Assembly (NCBI GenBank): GCA_963674945.2
Contig: CAXXWQ010000004.1
Span: forward strand, 672,001-736,000
Length of the DNA: 64,000 bases
Reading direction: 5' to 3'
Source of the DNA: an uncultured Desulfosarcina sp.
Lineage (GTDB): Bacteria > Desulfobacterota > Desulfobacteria > Desulfobacterales > Desulfosarcinaceae
The notes under the pieces are model-generated. The model worked only from the letters and a program-made list of their open reading frames with translations. It ran no database searches and had not been told where the DNA came from. Made by a program: the position numbers and the translations under genes. Below, piece after piece: positions 36,773-46,024 of the stretch (the stretch's first letter is position 1; each line of letters opens with the position of its first letter).

Positions 36773-36934
36773 CATTTTTCTCCCCTTTTTATTCACCAGA
36801 CCTCAAGTCTAAAGAGCCGTCCTGGATCCATAACAAAGGGAACGCTGTCTATCGCTATGTTATTCATGCAAAGAATCGACGTATAATTTGTGGGCACTGA
36901 TGTGGACTATCAATCTTTAAAGGAGGAGAGGAAG

Positions 36935-38488
36935 ATGAGGCATTTGAAAAGTCAAAGGAACATTTTGATAACGATGGCATGCATTCTTGGCGTGTTTTCG
37001 TTTCTTGGATCTGCGGATGCGGCGAAATGGTATTTGGGATCCGACACACAACTACTTATGGACGTTTCACTCACCTACGGGACTGGAATAAGGGTGTCTG
37101 ACCGGGACGCCGAATTACTGGCCGATGTCATCAAAGATGACAGCAACCGGAATTTCGACCAGTGGGACTTTTTCAACAACAAGATCACCGCCCTTGCGGA
37201 CATCGAATTCATCTATAAGGACTTTGGCGTATTCGTCCGGCCCAAGGCGTTTTATGACTATGTGTACATGTCAGACAACTCCAATGACGGTTCCAGCAAT
37301 GCCACCAACAGTGCCTATGTCGGCGGCCTCATCGATGAACCGGATCAATGGGCCGATGAGATCGAGGATATCCACGGCATGAACGCCGAAATCCTGGATC
37401 TTTTCGCATATTACGGATTCCGGCTGGGCGAAGTGCCCTTTGACCTCCGTGTGGGAAAACAGGTCATCGCCTGGGGCGAGAGCAGCTACATTCCGGGCAT
37501 GAATTCGGCCCAGGCCCCCATTGATGCTGCCGCCGCGGTCGCAGTGGGAACAGAGGTAAAAGAGATCTTTCTGCCCACGGGAGCGGTTTATCTTCAGACA
37601 GGCTTCTGGGATTTCGGACTGCGCGGTTACTATCAGTGGGAGTGGGAAAAAAACAGACTGATGGAAGGCGGGACCTTTCTTTCGTCTGCGGACATGCTCG
37701 ATGAAATCAAGGCGCCCCTTATAGCAGAATTAGGACCAGGGGCCTATATAAACTTGCCTCGGATAAAGGATGATGAACCCAGAGACGACGGACAGTTCGG
37801 TGTCGCGCTGTCATATATGCTGCCGTGGGCCGCAACGGAGATCGCGGGGTATTATCTCAACTATCACGAGAAGAGCCAGGCAATTATAGATGCCGGTGCT
37901 ACCGGGTATAAGATTATCTTTCCGGAAGACATCAAGCTGTATGGCTTCACCGTCAGTTCTGTGATCGGAGACACCCAGGTAGGCTTCGAAGTCACCTATC
38001 GAGACGACATCGTCTTCCAGGACGCCGAAGCACGGACGATTAATGAGGGTGGCTTCTGGCAGACACAGGCAAGTTTTACCTACCTCAAAAGCCCGGGATG
38101 GTTCAATGTGGCGGATCGAATTATCGTGTCCGGTGAAGCCGCGTACTGCGCCCAAGTCGACCTCAAGGGGATAGAGGGACGGCCGGAAGAAGGTATCGAT
38201 GGGAGAGAGGAGGAAGGTTTCAAGTATGTCGCCGTACTCAATTTTGATTGGTTCCAGGTGCTGCAAAGAACGGATTTCGGCTTCAACGTGAAATATTCCG
38301 AAATCCCCAAAGGGGACGATTATCTCAAACCGGTAGATTTTCAGGAAAATAAAAATGCCGTCTCCGTCGGTGTGGATATGGTTTTCAATGATGTCTGGGA
38401 AGCCGATCTTACCTATGAAAACCGATTGCACAACAATGATCTATCGGATCGCGATACGATTTCCTTTAAACTGTCATACGCATTCTAA
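36935..38488 (+). CDS. DUF1302 family outer-membrane protein
   Basis: DD.NRNF, GKQVIAWGES, VKEIFLP, YYQWEW, GQFG, C-terminal DRD..S...SY.F. Start ATG 36935 follows AGGAGGAG. Confidence 0.88.
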   Translation: MRHLKSQRNILITMACILGVFSFLGSADAAKWYLGSDTQLLMDVSLTYGTGIRVSDRDAELLADVIKDDSNRNFDQWDFFNNKITALADIEFIYKDFGVFVRPKAFYDYVYMSDNSNDGSSNATNSAYVGGLIDEPDQWADEIEDIHGMNAEILDLFAYYGFRLGEVPFDLRVGKQVIAWGESSYIPGMNSAQAPIDAAAAVAVGTEVKEIFLPTGAVYLQTGFWDFGLRGYYQWEWEKNRLMEGGTFLSSADMLDEIKAPLIAELGPGAYINLPRIKDDEPRDDGQFGVALSYMLPWAATEIAGYYLNYHEKSQAIIDAGATGYKIIFPEDIKLYGFTVSSVIGDTQVGFEVTYRDDIVFQDAEARTINEGGFWQTQASFTYLKSPGWFNVADRIIVSGEAAYCAQVDLKGIEGRPEEGIDGREEEGFKYVAVLNFDWFQVLQRTDFGFNVKYSEIPKGDDYLKPVDFQENKNAVSVGVDMVFNDVWEADLTYENRLHNNDLSDRDTISFKLSYAF

Positions 38489-38543
38489 ACTAGACATGAA
38501 GACATTCATTTTACATCAAGCATGAAAATGGGAGGAGAACTTC

Positions 38544-39917
38544 ATGAACAGTACCACGTGTAGAACTATATTGTCCGTGATGTTGGCGACCCTGCTGGTG
38601 TGTATGACAATGCCTGCTCTTGCGAAGGTAACTGCTGAAGAGGCAGCGAAACTGAAAACAGAATTAACTCCCGTTGGCGCCGAACGGGCGGGAAACAAAG
38701 AGGGGACCATCCCCGAATGGACCGGCGGACTTACCCAGATTCCCGAAGGCATCGATTATGTAGCCAAATCCGGGAATATCCACCCGGATCCGTTTGCCGG
38801 CGACAAGGTCCTGTTTACCATTACGGCACAGAATGTCGATCAATACAAAGACAAACTATCTGCGGGTATCGTGAAAATGTTCGAACTATACCCGGAGACC
38901 TTCAAGATCCATGTCTACCCCACCAGAAGATCTGCCGCATTTTCCCAAAAACATTATGAGAGTACCTATAACAACGCCCTGACGGCAGAAGTTGTCGATG
39001 AATACGGAAGCGTGACCAATTTCGGTATGGGGTTTCCGTTTCCCATTCCCAAGAGCGGCATGGAGGTCATGTTAAATTTCGTTTTCATACCCCATGGATC
39101 CAAAAATATAAAACAGACGTTTGGCGGCGGAATCATACAGGCAAGCGGCAAATTCAATGAGCAACATGCAACGAATTATCTTCTCTATAAAATTGAAAGC
39201 GGAGAACCATTTGATCCACAGGACTATGTCTTTGGAAAAATCGTTGAAATGACGATGCCCGGCCGCGTGGGCGAATTGTATCTCATGATGGACCCGGCAG
39301 ACTATACGAAAAATGACGCTGTGGGCTGGTCATATGTACCGGGTATGCGTCGTGTGCGCCGGAATCCCAACATGTTTTACGATGGCCTTGATTCTTCCGC
39401 CGGCGGGATTGGGGTCAGCGATGGATCGTGGATGTGGAAGGGAAAACTCGACCGGTTCGATTGGAAATTGGTCGGAAAAAAAGAGATGTACATCCCCTAC
39501 AACACGTATCAGACCGACCTGCCTCCCTCACAGGAGGTGATATTTACCCCCCATCATCCCAATCCGGAATATATCCGCTGGGAGCTTCACCGGGTATGGG
39601 TCGTCTCCCACACCCTCAAGGAAGGTTCGCGGCATGTTTACGGCGAACGGCATTATTATTTCGATGAAGACTCCTGGAATTGCGCTGCCATCGACAAATA
39701 CGACAAACGCGGAAGCCTGTGGCGAATGTCATTTGCACAAGGAAAACAATTTTATGACTTCCCTGTGTTCCGTCAGACGCAATACTATCATTTCGATTTC
39801 CAGGTGGACTTCTATGCTGCATTTAAGACAATGAATGGTTTCCCACCCGAATCTTACGATGATATACCAAACGACTTCTTCTCAGTTCAAAATTTACGAA
39901 AATTGGGCAAACGGTAA
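38544..39917 (+). CDS. DUF1329 family periplasmic protein
   Basis: LTPVGAERAGN..GTIP.WTGG, YPTRR, PFPIP, GMRRVRR, KEMYIPYN, WELHRVWVV, DEDSW. Confidence 0.92.
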   Translation: MNSTTCRTILSVMLATLLVCMTMPALAKVTAEEAAKLKTELTPVGAERAGNKEGTIPEWTGGLTQIPEGIDYVAKSGNIHPDPFAGDKVLFTITAQNVDQYKDKLSAGIVKMFELYPETFKIHVYPTRRSAAFSQKHYESTYNNALTAEVVDEYGSVTNFGMGFPFPIPKSGMEVMLNFVFIPHGSKNIKQTFGGGIIQASGKFNEQHATNYLLYKIESGEPFDPQDYVFGKIVEMTMPGRVGELYLMMDPADYTKNDAVGWSYVPGMRRVRRNPNMFYDGLDSSAGGIGVSDGSWMWKGKLDRFDWKLVGKKEMYIPYNTYQTDLPPSQEVIFTPHHPNPEYIRWELHRVWVVSHTLKEGSRHVYGERHYYFDEDSWNCAAIDKYDKRGSLWRMSFAQGKQFYDFPVFRQTQYYHFDFQVDFYAAFKTMNGFPPESYDDIPNDFFSVQNLRKLGKR

Positions 39918-39965
39918 TCGCAAGGTGATAGTCGGACGAAAGAACGCATGGGAAACACCAAAATG

Positions 39966-40003
39966 AGTGAGAAGGTCGGTATCCCGCCGACCTTCTCACT
40001 TTA
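39966..40003 (+). terminator. Intra-operonic hairpin (terminator or stabiliser)
   Basis: AGTGAGAAGGTCGG/CCGACCTTCTCACT 14-bp perfect stem. Confidence 0.6.
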
Positions 40004-40123
40004 CGAATCCGCTTGCACTTTCTCTACGAACGAACCTGAAAATCAATTAAATGAAAAAAGGTATAAAATTTCGTAACAGTTCTATGCCTTTTCTAACGAA
40101 ACGAAAAAGGTGAAATTGAAAAA

Positions 40124-41296
40124 ATGGAAAATCGATTCAGCGAGCATAAAAAAAACCAAAGAAAATACTTGGTTGTAATCGGTTGCATTCTGCTTTTCCT
40201 ATGCTCCGCAATGCCAACCTTTGGCGAGACCTTAGACATGCTGAAAGTGCCGGCGGAAAAAGCCGACTGGGCGCCATATTCAATGCTTATGGATGCAACG
40301 AAGGTGGATAACCGGCTGGTGGCAGTAGGTGAATGGGGGTACATCCTGTATTCGGATAACGAATGCGACGGTTGGAACCAGGCAGAAGTGCCGGTGAGCG
40401 TTACCCTGACAGCAGTCTATTTTCCGACCTATGATCAAGGATGGGTTGTCGGTCACGACGGTGTGGTGCTTCATACCGAAGACGGTGGTGAAACCTGGAA
40501 AAAGCAACTGGACGGCACGCAGATCGGCCAGATGGTATATGACCAGGTAAAGCATATGGTGAAAACCAACAGCGATCTTCTTTCCGACCAGGAATCCGGG
40601 CTGACTGAAGAAGAACGGGAGGAAATGGAAATAACGGCAGAGGACCTGGATTTTTTCCTGAAGGATGTGGAATTCTTTATGGAACAAGGTCCCGCTCAGC
40701 CGTTGATGGATGTTTGGTTCAAAAATGAGAAGGAGGGTATCATTATCGGCGCCTTCGGCTTCATCCTTTCCACGAAAGACGGCGGAAAGACATGGCAGCC
40801 CATTTTGGACCGCATCGATAATTTGGGAAACACCTTATACGCCATCACCCGCTCCGGCGACGACCTGTTCATTTCCGGGGAGGCTGGAATATTATACCGG
40901 TCAGAAGATTTCGGCCAGAGCTGGCAGCGTTTAGAATCTCCCTACGACGGGACCTTTTTCGGCATTGTCGGAGATCCATCCGGGGGTTTTGTATCGGCTT
41001 TCGGGATGGCGGGTCATATCTTTAATTCAACGGACCGGGGAGAAACCTGGACACCCTCGGAGACCAACCAAGGAGAACTTCTTTTCGGCGGTGCCTTCTT
41101 ATCGGATGGCTCCTTTTGCGTTGTGGGCCGTAACGGTGTCATTTTGAGGAGCATAGACCGGGGAAAAACCTTCACCCCCCTTGCCAATCGTTACCGCGGG
41201 CCTGGTATGGCCATTGTTGAGCTGCAAAAAGACGTTCTGGCGGTGGTGGGGCTCACAGGGGCTTCCCGGATTGAAATCAACAAACCAAGCAACTAA
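40124..41296 (+). CDS. YCF48-related / BNR (Asp-box) repeat protein
   Basis: Repeated TxDGGxTW / SxDxGxxW Asp-boxes. Confidence 0.88.
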   Translation: MENRFSEHKKNQRKYLVVIGCILLFLCSAMPTFGETLDMLKVPAEKADWAPYSMLMDATKVDNRLVAVGEWGYILYSDNECDGWNQAEVPVSVTLTAVYFPTYDQGWVVGHDGVVLHTEDGGETWKKQLDGTQIGQMVYDQVKHMVKTNSDLLSDQESGLTEEEREEMEITAEDLDFFLKDVEFFMEQGPAQPLMDVWFKNEKEGIIIGAFGFILSTKDGGKTWQPILDRIDNLGNTLYAITRSGDDLFISGEAGILYRSEDFGQSWQRLESPYDGTFFGIVGDPSGGFVSAFGMAGHIFNSTDRGETWTPSETNQGELLFGGAFLSDGSFCVVGRNGVILRSIDRGKTFTPLANRYRGPGMAIVELQKDVLAVVGLTGASRIEINKPSN

Positions 41297-41314
41297 AAAT
41301 AGAGGAAAATCAAG

Positions 41315-43666
41315 ATGACCCAGAAGAACGTATCTGCTGAAGTTGACGACTCATATCTAAATGACGCGTCGTTTTTGGAAAAATTTCTCTTTTCCAAACG
41401 TCCACTGGTAATGGCGGTCTATATCATCTTTACGATCTTTTTCGGCTATCAGACATTTCAGATGAGGCCCCAGGCCAGCTTCCTAAGAATGATTCCCACC
41501 TATCATCCTTTCATCAAAAATTATCTCGAATACCAGGATGAACTCAAGGAGATGGGCAACGTTGTCCGTATTTGCGTCGAAACGACCGAGGGGACGATTG
41601 TTTCCCAGGAATATCTCGAAGTGTTGAGAAAAATAACCGACGAAGTCTTTTATATTTCCGGTGTAAACCGGGCGGGATTGAAATCCCTGTGGACATCGAA
41701 TACCCGATGGCAAGAGGTGACCGAGCAGGGGTTTAAAGGGGATGTCGTCATCCCCGTCACCTTCTCCGGGACACCGGAAGACTTGCAACAGGTCCAGAGG
41801 AATATCTTAAAGGCCAATATTGTGGGAAGTCTGGTGGCAAACGATTTTAAGTCCAGTATTGTCCTGGTGCCTCTTCATGATATTGATCCGGAAACGAGAA
41901 AACCACTCGACTATCGTAATTTCTCGGAAAAAATAGAGGAAATTAGAACCAAGTTTCAGAATGACCATATCAAGATCCACATCACCGGATTTGCCAAAAT
42001 CGTGGGAGACCTCATCGATGGTTCCGCTCGAATTCTGCTGTTTTTTTTCATCGCCTTTGTGATTCTGCTGCTTTTGCTGTGGTGGAGTTCTCGGTGCCCG
42101 AAAAACACGGCCGTTAGGGCGATCTCCTCACTTACGGCGGTACTCTGGCAGTTGGGGATCATGAGGCTCTGCGGATACGGGTTGAATCCATATTCGATGC
42201 TGGTGCCTTTTCTCATGTTCGCTTTAGTCGTCAGCCACGGCATGCAGATGTTCAACGCCATGGGTTTGGAAATGATCGCCGGTTCGGACAAAGTGAAGGC
42301 GGCACGGTTGGGCTTTCGCCAGATTTTCACGCCAGGTCTGGCCGCGCTGTTTACCGACTTTATCGGTTTTGCCACCCTGTTGGTGATTCAGATCGGCGTA
42401 ATTCAGGACATTGCCGTCGGGGCAAGCATCGGCGTGGCCGTGGTGGCCATTACCAATCTGATATTTCTGCCTGTGTTGATGTCGTATTCCGGCATCAGTG
42501 ATAGAACCATAAAAAGGATGGAAAAAGCGAACGCCTCGACAGACCACCCCGTATGGACTTTTTTGACCCGATTCAGCGAGACGAAATGGGCCTATGGTAC
42601 GGTGGTGACGGCCGTCATCTTTCTGGTGGTCGGCATTTACCTCATGCAGGGTTTGAAAGTCGGTGACCTGGACCCCGGGGCCCCTGAATTGCGGCCGGAT
42701 TCCCGCTACAACAAGGACAACGCCTATATGAACGACCATTACTCATCCAGCAGTGATGTGTTCGTGGTGTTGCTCAAAGCCCCCGAAAGAGGTGTCAGCA
42801 GCTATCGGGCGATCGTGCTCACCGATATGCTGGACAAGAAGCTGACCCATGATGTTAAGGGCGTACAAGACGTTGTAAGCTTCACGGATGCGATGAAGGG
42901 CATGAATGCCGGTTTTATGGAAGGATTCCCGAAATGGATCGCTATCCCCAGAAGCGAGGTGCAACGTAACTTTTTACCTCATTTCATGCCGGAAATGTTT
43001 TACCAGCGTGAAGGTGCCTTTTCTCCCATTCTTGTCTTTTTGCATGACCATGAGGCTGACACCCTGGAACGGGTGGTGAATGCCATTGATGAATTTGCCG
43101 AAGAGTACAATACGGAGACCGTTCAGTTTCTCATGGGCGCCGGTAACGGAGGTATCGAGGCGGCCACCAATGTTGAGGTGGAAAAGGCGCTCATGAAATT
43201 GACCATTTTGGTATATTCAGTGGTGTTTTTCGTATGCCTTCTTACCTACCGAAATTTCAAGGCGGCCATATGCGTTGTTACGCCTCTGGCACTCACCTCG
43301 GTTCTATGCGAAGCTCTCATGGCCCAAATGGGTATCGGGATCAAGGTCGCCACGTTGCCCGTCGTTGCCGTGGGGGTTGGTATCGGTGTGGACTATGGTA
43401 TCTATATCTATAACAAGCTTGTTTATTACCGGGAAGAGCGTGGGCATAAATTGACACCGGCTTTCTACCGGACCCTGAACACAACAGGAAGAGCCGTCTC
43501 TTTTACCGGTATTACACTGTCCATCGGCGTCGCCACATGGGCCTTTTCACCCATCAAATTCCAGGCAGATATGGGATTTTTGTTGACCTTCATGTTTCTG
43601 TGGAACATGGTTGGTGCCATGGTGCTTTTGCCTGCCATTGCAAGAATTCTATGGAAGAAAAGGTAG
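41315..43666 (+). CDS. RND-superfamily (MMPL-like) transporter
   Basis: Two repeats of transmembrane bundles; GIGVDYGIY; FSPIKFQADMG. Confidence 0.9.
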   Translation: MTQKNVSAEVDDSYLNDASFLEKFLFSKRPLVMAVYIIFTIFFGYQTFQMRPQASFLRMIPTYHPFIKNYLEYQDELKEMGNVVRICVETTEGTIVSQEYLEVLRKITDEVFYISGVNRAGLKSLWTSNTRWQEVTEQGFKGDVVIPVTFSGTPEDLQQVQRNILKANIVGSLVANDFKSSIVLVPLHDIDPETRKPLDYRNFSEKIEEIRTKFQNDHIKIHITGFAKIVGDLIDGSARILLFFFIAFVILLLLLWWSSRCPKNTAVRAISSLTAVLWQLGIMRLCGYGLNPYSMLVPFLMFALVVSHGMQMFNAMGLEMIAGSDKVKAARLGFRQIFTPGLAALFTDFIGFATLLVIQIGVIQDIAVGASIGVAVVAITNLIFLPVLMSYSGISDRTIKRMEKANASTDHPVWTFLTRFSETKWAYGTVVTAVIFLVVGIYLMQGLKVGDLDPGAPELRPDSRYNKDNAYMNDHYSSSSDVFVVLLKAPERGVSSYRAIVLTDMLDKKLTHDVKGVQDVVSFTDAMKGMNAGFMEGFPKWIAIPRSEVQRNFLPHFMPEMFYQREGAFSPILVFLHDHEADTLERVVNAIDEFAEEYNTETVQFLMGAGNGGIEAATNVEVEKALMKLTILVYSVVFFVCLLTYRNFKAAICVVTPLALTSVLCEALMAQMGIGIKVATLPVVAVGVGIGVDYGIYIYNKLVYYREERGHKLTPAFYRTLNTTGRAVSFTGITLSIGVATWAFSPIKFQADMGFLLTFMFLWNMVGAMVLLPAIARILWKKR

Positions 43667-43762
43667 TTTCTTGGTATGGTTGGGATGTTCAACTACAATA
43701 TCGCCACTATAGTTGCTTGGCATCTTAAAAGCAAAATGCAATAAGGCAGAAGGAGGCTTGAC

Positions 43763-44254
43763 ATGTTGGGTTTCAAAAAAATCCTATTCCCTACCGATCT
43801 TACCGGAATAGGAACTACAATTATTCCCCATTTGAAAACAATCGCCGATCAATTTGGAGCCGAAGTCCGGCTGATGTACATTGCCAAAGTGAATGAATAT
43901 CATGTGGAGGGTGAGGAACCGGGAGATAGCATCAAGAAGAAAGTTGAAGAATTCAAAAACGAACACTTCAAAGATATTTCCAATATTCAGGTTGTTGTTG
44001 CGGACGGAGATCCTGCGGATGAAATTCTAAGCTATGTCGAAGCCGAAGACATGGACTTGGTTATCATTCCCACACGGGGACGTTCAGCCCTGGACAAGGC
44101 CCTTTTCGGATCCGTGGCCGCTAAAATTGCAAGGATCGCACCGGCCCCGGTGCTTCTTGTCAATCCCTTTAATGATAAATTTATTCGTCCGGAAATGCGT
44201 GATTTCTGTCTTCAGAGCGATGAAAAAAAATGCCGGGACTTGGAAAAGAAGTAA
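43763..44254 (+). CDS. Universal stress protein (UspA family)
   Basis: KKILFPTD, GDPADEIL, DLVII.TRGRS, FGSVA, APVL. Confidence 0.92.
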   Translation: MLGFKKILFPTDLTGIGTTIIPHLKTIADQFGAEVRLMYIAKVNEYHVEGEEPGDSIKKKVEEFKNEHFKDISNIQVVVADGDPADEILSYVEAEDMDLVIIPTRGRSALDKALFGSVAAKIARIAPAPVLLVNPFNDKFIRPEMRDFCLQSDEKKCRDLEKK

Positions 44255-44642
44255 TCTTGGCGCCAGTTCCCGGAATTTATGGACAATTGGCCAAAGCCCC
44301 ATTGTTCGAACGGATCTGGCCGCTGGATTGATCGGCAGAGGACCAAACATTGCTCTTTAGACGACTGCCAGCTTCGTTTTCAACATCGTTGGGAAACTGG
44401 CGGTGATTGCCAGGATGACATAACCATGGAGGTGCTCTTCAAAAATGGAGAGCACCTTTTCATTGGCAGGTAGGCTTCCGCCTTGCATGACGAGTGGGTC
44501 GATCTGCGCGTATACCCGCCTGCTCAAATCGCCGGGATGATTGATTGGATGTGTTCAAACAGGGTGCTTCGCGCCCGGTTTGAACCGTAACGATGGAAAC
44601 ACCGAATACAAAGGAAAACGCCGTTTTATTGTCCTCGCATTT

Positions 44643-45971
44643 TTACTCTTGCGTTCTCCCCACCGCTCTTTCCAGATCGGCAATGGCGATCATATACCCA
44701 TACAACGCCTGTAAATAATTTGAATCGGCCTGTGAATGAAAGGTTCTGGCATCCAACACGTCCGTTGAAGTTGCCACCTGCTGTTGAAATTGTAGCTTTG
44801 TCATTCGCCAGTTTTCACGGGCTTGCGCCAATGCACTTTTCGCCGTTGCAATGTTCCGCTCCGCGACCTTTGCTTGCAGGTAGGCGTTCTCCACTTCAAG
44901 GGTGATCCCGTCTTCTGCCAATTTCAGCTGCTCTTGAACGGCAGACTTCTGGCTTGCGTTCTTTTTTACGCTGTAAACATTTCGTCCCCATTGGAACAAG
45001 TTCCATTTCGCCTGTACCGAAACCAAGGAATTATATTGATTATTGTAATCATTTTCGTTTGCCAATAAGTCCTCACCCCTTTGTTGATACTGGCCAATAA
45101 GCGCTATCTGAGGAAAATACTCGCTTTTTGCAATTTTCACCTGACGATCCAGGATTTTTAAATGTACCCGCACCGCCAACAACTCGGGACGGTTTTCGAG
45201 TGCTTCCAAAATAAGCTCGTTCTTGAACAGATTAAGCGGGGTTACCGTATCGATGTCCTGTAATCGTAGCTCTCTATCCAACTCATAATTCAGCAATAGG
45301 TTCAACTGCGATGCGGCCAGTTTGCGATGCCCCAGGGCGCTGGTTTTCTGCTGTTCTGCATTTGCCAGCGCCACTTGGGCCCGCAGGAGGTCGTTTTGCG
45401 GAATCAGTCCCTGGTCATAATATTTTTGTGCATCTTCTTTATGGGCGGTAAGAGCCTCGACCGCCTCTTCGGCCACAGTCGATATCTTTTTTGCCAAAAG
45501 GACATTGTAATACGCCTTTTTCGTATCACGTGTTATATCCTGAATGGTAATTTCCTTGGCTAATTCCTTTGCTTCGATCCCGATTTTTGCGGTTTTATAC
45601 CCGTGATAGATGCCGAGATGAAACAAGGGTTGGGTCACTGTGACATCCCATTGAATATCTTGCTTTCCGTAAACGTTAACCGTTTGTCCATCGAAAGATT
45701 GATATGGGGTCTCACTCATCGCTGTCGCACCGTAGCTAGCCGAAACCTGTGGCAACATATAGGTCCGAGCGCTCTTCATTTCGTAATCCGCCCCCTTTAC
45801 TTCGTCTTCCGCGGCTTTAATACGATAGCTTTGTTCCCTTGCAATTTTTATCGCTTCGGATAGTGTCAATGGTATTGTATCCTTGTTTTCTTTCGCAGTT
45901 GATGGATGTGGCATGCCGCCGAGGATAAGAACAAAAAGTAAAATTAGTGTATAAAAACATTTCTTTCTCAT
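44643..45971 (-). CDS. TolC-family outer-membrane efflux protein
   Basis: Signal peptide, LTLSEAI, RPEL, duplicated OEP helices, DLERAVG. Confidence 0.9.
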   Translation of the reverse strand: MRKKCFYTLILLFVLILGGMPHPSTAKENKDTIPLTLSEAIKIAREQSYRIKAAEDEVKGADYEMKSARTYMLPQVSASYGATAMSETPYQSFDGQTVNVYGKQDIQWDVTVTQPLFHLGIYHGYKTAKIGIEAKELAKEITIQDITRDTKKAYYNVLLAKKISTVAEEAVEALTAHKEDAQKYYDQGLIPQNDLLRAQVALANAEQQKTSALGHRKLAASQLNLLLNYELDRELRLQDIDTVTPLNLFKNELILEALENRPELLAVRVHLKILDRQVKIAKSEYFPQIALIGQYQQRGEDLLANENDYNNQYNSLVSVQAKWNLFQWGRNVYSVKKNASQKSAVQEQLKLAEDGITLEVENAYLQAKVAERNIATAKSALAQARENWRMTKLQFQQQVATSTDVLDARTFHSQADSNYLQALYGYMIAIADLERAVGRTQE

Positions 45972-46024
45972 GGAAATAAACCCTTATTGAAATGATATGG
46001 ATTGTGACCGCTCACGACAGATAT

